Shown here one piece after another: positions 7,182-11,900 of a DNA stretch of 11,900 nucleotides. The notes under the pieces were generated by a model. That model worked only from the letters and a program-made list of their open reading frames with translations, did not search any database and had not been told where the DNA came from. Source of the stretch: Desulfuromonadales bacterium (lineage in GTDB: Bacteria > Desulfobacterota > Desulfuromonadia > Desulfuromonadales > SZUA-540); assembly GCA_033549025.1 (NCBI GenBank), contig JAWSUS010000039.1, positions 1 through 11,900 on the forward strand. Direction: 5' to 3'. The position numbers and the translations under genes were made by a program. The number at the start of each line of letters is the position of its first letter. Within the stretch, counting starts at the first letter, position 1.

Positions 7182-7838
7182 ATGGATCGCTCTTCCCGCA
7201 ATCGTCTTACCCGGCACCAGCTGCCCCTCTTTGCCACCGATACCCTCTTTGACCGCCTCGCGCGGGCGGTCTGTGAGGCCGGCTGCCTGCCGCGCAAGGA
7301 GCTGTTTGAGGCTTGGGAAGTCGCTCGGCGGGTACGCCGCCGTTTTCGCGGCGGCCGGGTGGTCGATCTGGCCTGCGGCCATGGTCTGCTGGCCTATATC
7401 CTGCTGCTGCTCGACGATTCCTCGCCGCAGGCTCTGGCCGTCGACCGGCAGCTGCCCCAGAGCGCCGGAACCCTGTCGACAGTGCTGGAGGCCGCCTGGC
7501 CCCGTCTTGGCGGTCGGGTAACCTTCGTGGCCGCCGACATCGACAGCGTGGCGCTTGGTCCGGGCGACCTGGTGGTTTCCGTTCATGCCTGCGGCGGGTT
7601 GACCGATATGGTCCTGCAACGGGCCGTGGAGGCGGGCGCCCGGGTGGCGGTGCTCCCCTGCTGCCACCACCTCGACAGCGGTGATACGGGGGGCCTGCAG
7701 GGGTGGATGGACGGCGCCCTGGCCATGGACGCCACGCGGGCCGCGCGCCTGAGTCGCCAGGGCTACCGGGTGCATACCCAGACCATCCCGGCGGACATCA
7801 CGCCGAAGAACCGCCTGCTGCTGGCGGAACCGCTATGA
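7182..7838 (+). CDS. SAM-dependent methyltransferase (Methyltransf_32-like)
   Basis: Motif I VVDLACGHGLL, 'SVHACGGLTD', 'VLPCCH' and C-terminal 'ITPKNRLL'; ATG 7182 follows AGGA. Confidence 0.85.
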   Translation: MDRSSRNRLTRHQLPLFATDTLFDRLARAVCEAGCLPRKELFEAWEVARRVRRRFRGGRVVDLACGHGLLAYILLLLDDSSPQALAVDRQLPQSAGTLSTVLEAAWPRLGGRVTFVAADIDSVALGPGDLVVSVHACGGLTDMVLQRAVEAGARVAVLPCCHHLDSGDTGGLQGWMDGALAMDATRAARLSRQGYRVHTQTIPADITPKNRLLLAEPL

Positions 7839-7862
7839 ATCTCAGTATACGAGGATGGGAAG

Positions 7863-8108
7863 ATGACGCCGGATAACAATACGGATTGGCAGGAAGAAGG
7901 GGTCGAAGTCCCTTACGAAGAGCTCAGCCCCGAGGTGCTGCGGAACCTCATCCAGGAGTTCGTCAGCCGGGACGGGGCGGACTGGGGTGAGGCCGGCTGT
8001 ACGCTGGAGGACAAAGTCGAGCAGGTGCTGGGACAACTCCGGCAGAAGAAAGCCAAAGTGGTCTTCGATCTGCAGACGCAGACCGCCAACATTGTCGTGC
8101 GGCGCTGA
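7863..8108 (+). CDS. yheU: YheU family protein (UPF0270)
   Basis: 'VPYEELSPEVLRNLIQEFVSRDGADWG...LEDKVEQVLGQL...VVFD' matches the YheU pattern; RBS GAGGA/GGGA. Confidence 0.88.
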   Translation: MTPDNNTDWQEEGVEVPYEELSPEVLRNLIQEFVSRDGADWGEAGCTLEDKVEQVLGQLRQKKAKVVFDLQTQTANIVVRR

Positions 8109-8170
8109 AGGTATTTTGATCCATCATTTGAAGCAAAGGCTCGTCAGCAGTCTTTGGGAAAGCGACAGGC

Positions 8171-9016
8171 ATGTCTAATCACCGGTATTGGCTCGAAGCC
8201 GAGGTCGCCCGTCAGGTGCTGACGGCGCTGGACAGGGGCGATGCCCGGGTCGAGATTTCCGCCGATCTGAATCTCTCTCTCGCCACGTTCACGCTGCAGG
8301 GCGACGCCCTGGTGCTCGATGATGACAATCGCCTGCAGCGGGAAGACCTGCAGCGAATTGCAGGCAAGAAGAACCGGATTTTTTTGCTCGAAGGCGGTGA
8401 GCTGGTGGTGCTGGAGAGCCGGGACGAGGGCTATTACAAGCTCGTGCCGACGGCGCAGGCCCCGCTTCTGGAGATCAGCGGCGTGAAGATGCATATCTCC
8501 AAGGGGATCAATCCCTTTGAGAGCGCCGGTCAGATGGCGGCGCAGGTGGTGAAAAAAGGGGATCGGGTGCTCGATACCTGCAGCGGCCTCGGCTATGCGG
8601 CCCTGGCGGCGCTTCAGCTGGGAGCCCGTCAGGTGGTGACGGTGGAACGGAGCGAAACGGTCATGGCCCTGCGGCGGCAGAACCCCTGGTCGCAGGGTCT
8701 GTCCGCCCCCGGCATCCAGCCGGTGCAGGCAGATGTCGGCACCTACATCCGCGAGTTTGACGCGGCCTCCTTTGAGGCGGTTATTCACGATCCGCCGCGC
8801 TTTTCTTTGGCCGGCGAGCTCTATGGGATCGATTTTTACCGCGAAATATACCGTGTCCTCACCCGGCGCGGCGGGCTCTTTCACTACACCGGCAACCCCC
8901 GGCTGGTGCGGCGCGGCAGCTCCTTTGTCGACCAGGCGGTGCAGCGGCTGAAAAAGGCCGGCTTTACCCGGGTGGAGAAGGTGCCCGCCCTCATGGGGGT
9001 GCGGGCGTGGAAGTAG
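8171..9016 (+). CDS. SAM-dependent methyltransferase, COG2521-like (predicted archaeal-type)
   Basis: 'APLLEISGVKMH', motif I VLDTCSGLGYAA, motif IV-like IHDPPRFSLAGELY, 'GGLFHYTG'. Confidence 0.82.
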   Translation: MSNHRYWLEAEVARQVLTALDRGDARVEISADLNLSLATFTLQGDALVLDDDNRLQREDLQRIAGKKNRIFLLEGGELVVLESRDEGYYKLVPTAQAPLLEISGVKMHISKGINPFESAGQMAAQVVKKGDRVLDTCSGLGYAALAALQLGARQVVTVERSETVMALRRQNPWSQGLSAPGIQPVQADVGTYIREFDAASFEAVIHDPPRFSLAGELYGIDFYREIYRVLTRRGGLFHYTGNPRLVRRGSSFVDQAVQRLKKAGFTRVEKVPALMGVRAWK

Positions 9017-9041
9017 ACCGTCAAGCCCCCTTTTTTCTTTT

Positions 9042-9050
9042 TGATATAGT
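9042..9050 (+). promoter_or_regulatory. Candidate extended -10 promoter for the structured leader and CNNM/CorB gene
   Basis: TG-A-TATAGT (9042-9050) after a T-rich tract would start transcription near 9057, just before the first stem of the leader. Confidence 0.5.
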
Positions 9051-9061
9051 GTCTTGTATGT

Positions 9062-9138
9062 ACGCCGAGGGCTGAGGGTCGGGCAACCCGGCCGAACAAG
9101 ACTCGGCTAACGGCGGTTCGTCTGCGAACGCGCGTCAT
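9062..9138 (+). ncRNA. Candidate riboswitch leader, resembling the Na+-sensing DUF1646 (Na+-I) class
   Basis: Stem GCCGAG (9064-9069) / CTCGGC (9102-9107) encloses a purine-rich internal loop GGCTGAG / GAACAAGA and an inner stem GGTCGGG / CCCGGCC. A second hairpin follows: GGCG-GTTCG-tctg-CGAAC-gcg-CGTC. It sits in the 5' UTR of an ion transporter. Class assignment is from memory of the consensus, not from a search. Confidence 0.6.
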
Positions 9139-9158
9139 CAGGACGGAAGGGGTTTTTC

Positions 9159-10484
9159 ATGGAGAGCATCTGGCTGGAGCTGGTCATTGTCCTGGTCCTC
9201 ATTTTGGCCAATGGTTTTTTTGCGGGGGCCGAGCTCGCCATCGTCTCCGTCCGAAGGGGGCGCATCGCCCAGCTTGCCAGTGACGGCCATAAAAAAGCCA
9301 AGGTGGTGGAACAGCTGCAGGCCGACCCGCACCGATTCCTGGCCACGGTACAGATCGGCGTCACCCTTGTCGGCACCATGGCCTCGGCGGTCGGCGGCGC
9401 CGCCGCCATCGAACGGATCAAGCCGGTGCTGCAGCAGTCGTCGCTTCCTCTGCTCCGTGATGCGGCTGAGCCCCTGGCCCTCTTTGTGGTGGTCGGCTGC
9501 ATCGCCTATCTCTCTTTGGTCCTGGGAGAGCTGGTCCCCAAAGCCCTGGCTCTGGAATATTCCGAGCGCATCGCCCTGACTGTCGCGGGCCCCATTCGGG
9601 TGCTGGCCCGTATCGGGGGGGCGGCCGTCTTTGTGCTGACTTTTTCGAGCCGCCTGGTTTTGCGTCTGCTCGGGATCAGAGCTACAGGGAAACGGGCCTT
9701 TATCACGAAAGAGGAGATTCAACAGGTGGTCGCTGAGGGGCATGCCTCTGGGGTGGTCTCCCTGAGCGAACAGACCTTTATCCGCAATGTCTTCGACTTT
9801 TCCCTCATTCGCGTTCGGGAGATCATGGTGCCGCGCCCGCGAATTGTAGCCCTGGATCTGGATCAGGATCGCGGCGAGATTTTGAAGACGGTGCTGGAAA
9901 GCCAGTATTCACGCTTTCCGGTTTATCGGGGCGATGTCGACAATGTGGTCGGCTTCATTCATGCCAAGGATGTACTCAGTCTGGCGGTGCAGACTGCTGA
10001 CTTCAACCTCGAAAGCCTTCTGCTCCCGGCGTATTTTGTGCCGGAATCCAAGAAAATCAGCGGGCTGCTGCGGGAGATGCAGCGGCGGCAGGTCCATATA
10101 GCGGTGGTCGTCGACGAATACGGGGGGGTGAGCGGCATCGCCACCACGGAGGATCTGCTGGAGGAGCTGGTGGGGGAAATCGAGGACGAACACGATGCCG
10201 GATTGCAGCGTTTTCGTCGTCTGCCGGACGGCAGTTACCTGGTGGACGGTCTTCTGCCTCTTAACGACCTGGCGGATTTTCTGGACATCCGCCTGCCCGA
10301 ACAAAGACCCTTCGACACCCTGGCCGGCCTGATCCTGTTCGCGCTGGGGCATCTCCCCGTCGAGGGGGAAAAGGTGGTGTGGGAAAATTACCTGCTGACC
10401 TGCGTGAAGGTGACGCCAACGGCTATTCTCAAGGTCAAAATTGAACCCTCTAAACAAGCGGTCGAAACCAAAGAGAATCCGTGA
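9159..10484 (+). CDS. CNNM/CorB ('hemolysin family', HlyC/CorC) transporter: DUF21 + CBS pair + CorC_HlyC
   Basis: '[15 protein letters not shown]', '[11 protein letters not shown]', '[12 protein letters not shown]', 'VREIMVPR', 'YSRFPVY', 'VVVDEYGG', '[16 protein letters not shown]', 'TLAGLI'. Confidence 0.93.
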   Translation: MESIWLELVIVLVLILANGFFAGAELAIVSVRRGRIAQLASDGHKKAKVVEQLQADPHRFLATVQIGVTLVGTMASAVGGAAAIERIKPVLQQSSLPLLRDAAEPLALFVVVGCIAYLSLVLGELVPKALALEYSERIALTVAGPIRVLARIGGAAVFVLTFSSRLVLRLLGIRATGKRAFITKEEIQQVVAEGHASGVVSLSEQTFIRNVFDFSLIRVREIMVPRPRIVALDLDQDRGEILKTVLESQYSRFPVYRGDVDNVVGFIHAKDVLSLAVQTADFNLESLLLPAYFVPESKKISGLLREMQRRQVHIAVVVDEYGGVSGIATTEDLLEELVGEIEDEHDAGLQRFRRLPDGSYLVDGLLPLNDLADFLDIRLPEQRPFDTLAGLILFALGHLPVEGEKVVWENYLLTCVKVTPTAILKVKIEPSKQAVETKENP

Positions 10485-10554
10485 TAGCGGCCGCTTCTTC
10501 GATCAATCAGCCTGCAGGCCGGCTTCCCATAGTCCAAGCAAGGCCTTCCCCTGG

Positions 10555-11824
10555 TTAGAGGCACACCATGTTCACCTGGCTCAGGTCGGTGATCCCCTGG
10601 AAGATCTTTTCAATGCCGTCCTGGCGCAAGGTTTTCATCCCCTCCTGGCGGGCCACTTCCTCCAATTCCCCGGCCCCGGCGCGCTGCCGGATGGCCTGCT
10701 TGATCGCGGGCGAGTTGACCAGCAGTTCCTGAATGGCGATGCGGCCGCTGTAGCCGAAGCCTTCACAGGCCGGGCAGCCCTGAGAGCGCATGAGGGTGAG
10801 CTCGTCCGTATAGGCAGGCATGTTGTGGGCGCCGAAGTATTCTTCGCCATAGGATACGACCAGCTGCTCGTATTCCTCCGGGCTGGGTTGATAGGGTACC
10901 TTGCATTGGTTGCACAGGCGGCGGACCAGGCGTTGGGCGATGATGCCGAGCATGGCCTCGGAAAAGTTGATGGGGTCTTCGCCCATCTCGATAAGGCGCA
11001 CGATGGTCTCCGGCGCGTTGTTGGTGTGCAGGGTGGAGAAGACCAGGTGGCCGGTGAGGGAGGCGGCGATGGCAGCCTTGGCGGTGACCCGGTCGCGCAT
11101 TTCGCCGATCATGATGACGTCGGGGTCGGCGCGCAGGAAGGAGCGCAGGGCCTCCTCGAAGGTGAAGCCGATCTTGGCGTTGACCTGCACCTGGCGCAGG
11201 CCGCGCTGGGTGATTTCGACGGGATCTTCGGCCGTCCAGATCTTGCGGTTGCCGGTGTTGATTTCCGAGATGGCCGAATGCAGGGTGGTGGTCTTGCCTG
11301 AGCCGGTGGGGCCGACGCAGAGGATGATGCCGTAGGGCTTTTTCAGCAGGGCTTTAAAGCGCTCGTGATTGTGTTCCGAGACGCCCAGCTGTTCCAGGGA
11401 GAGGATGCGGGCGGCGTTGAGAACACGCAGCACGGCGTCTTCCTGGCCGCCGATCGTCGGGGTGATTTCCACCCGGTACTCGATGCGTTCCCGCCCGTGC
11501 TTGAGCAGAATCTTGCCGGACTGGGGGCGGCGGCGTTCGGCGATATCGAGCTTCGAGATGATTTTGATGCGCGAAATGATCGCCTTCTTGTACTGAGAGC
11601 CGATCCGGTGGGCCGTGTAGCACTGGCCGTCCTTGCGGTAGCGGACGATGAGGGGCTGGGTGCCCATCTCCGGTTCGAAGTGGATATCCGAGATGCCGCG
11701 ACGATGAGCGTCGAGCAGAATTTTATTGACCAGCGTAATGACTTTGGAGTCGGACTCGGTGACGCGTTCGATTTCCTTTTCTTCGACGACTTCAATGTTG
11801 ACGTCACTCAGGTTGTCGATCAGC
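10555..11824 (-). pseudogene. GspE/PulE/PilB-family secretion or pilus ATPase, 5'-truncated
   Basis: Walker A GPTGSGKTT, TAEDPVE, DPDVIMIGEMRD, STLHTN and tetracysteine CNQC..CPAC. Family-like sequence continues upstream of ATG 11667 (QLIDNLSDVNIEVVEEKEIERVTESDSKVITLVNKILLDAHRRGISDIHFEP) with no ATG/GTG/TTG start, then runs into AT-richer sequence and an in-frame TGA at 11892-11890. Confidence 0.75.
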
Positions 11825-11900
11825 TGTAAGAAATTGACGCGTTGTTTACAGAATCCGATAATATCGAGGGGAGGATTTTGTAAACATGGTCATGCACAAA
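11825..11900 (+). mobile_element. Probable left end of an IS or transposon inserted in the ATPase gene (family undetermined)
   Basis: Composition shifts abruptly at TGTAAG (11825). The segment holds a promoter, RBS GGAGG, ATG 11886 (MVMHK...) and a 13/14 inverted repeat covering the RBS. The exact boundary is inferred. Confidence 0.55.
11834..11862 (+). promoter_or_regulatory. Sigma70-type promoter for the ORF starting at 11886
   Basis: TTGACG (11834-11839), 17-nt spacer, GATAAT (11857-11862). Confidence 0.7.

Noticed and set aside
9051..9102. GTCTTGT (9051-9057) complementary to ACAAGAC (9096-9102) as an anti-aptamer
   Set aside because: The left arm lies between the predicted -10 and the TSS, so it is probably not transcribed; relevant only for read-through RNA.
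10441..11829. Plus-strand ORFs (286, 144 and 154 aa) opposite the ATPase gene
   Set aside because: Antisense shadows of a clear PilB/GspE reading frame.
1..11900. CRISPR array, tRNA, rRNA, phage or defence genes
   Set aside because: No regularly spaced repeats, cloverleaf or rRNA signatures, or recognisable phage or defence proteins were seen.

Overview
GC-rich bacterial DNA; gene content suggests a Desulfuromonadales/Geobacter-like deltaproteobacterium (inference). Both ends look like mobile-element ends: the last codons and terminal repeat of an IS3-like element at 1-76, and a TGT-starting end with a promoter and an RBS-covering inverted repeat from about 11825, which cuts off the 5' part of a PilB/GspE-type ATPase. 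Between them lie genes for a MipA/OmpV outer-membrane protein, a signal-peptide-bearing MsrB, an orphan sensor-less histidine kinase, a DUF4112 protein, a divergent LysR (YeiE/CysL-like) and YeiH pair, an ABC-F ATPase, a methyltransferase, YheU, a COG2521-like methyltransferase and a CNNM/CorB (HlyC/CorC) transporter. The most interesting signals are non-coding. (1) A structured, riboswitch-like leader before the CNNM/CorB gene resembles my recollection of the Na+-sensing DUF1646 class. (2) The ABC-F leader has an ATG-TGA start-stop minigene abutting a terminator hairpin, a candidate ribosome-controlled attenuator. (3) An orphan terminator at 244-280 may mark a small RNA. No database searches were run; all family calls come from motif recognition.
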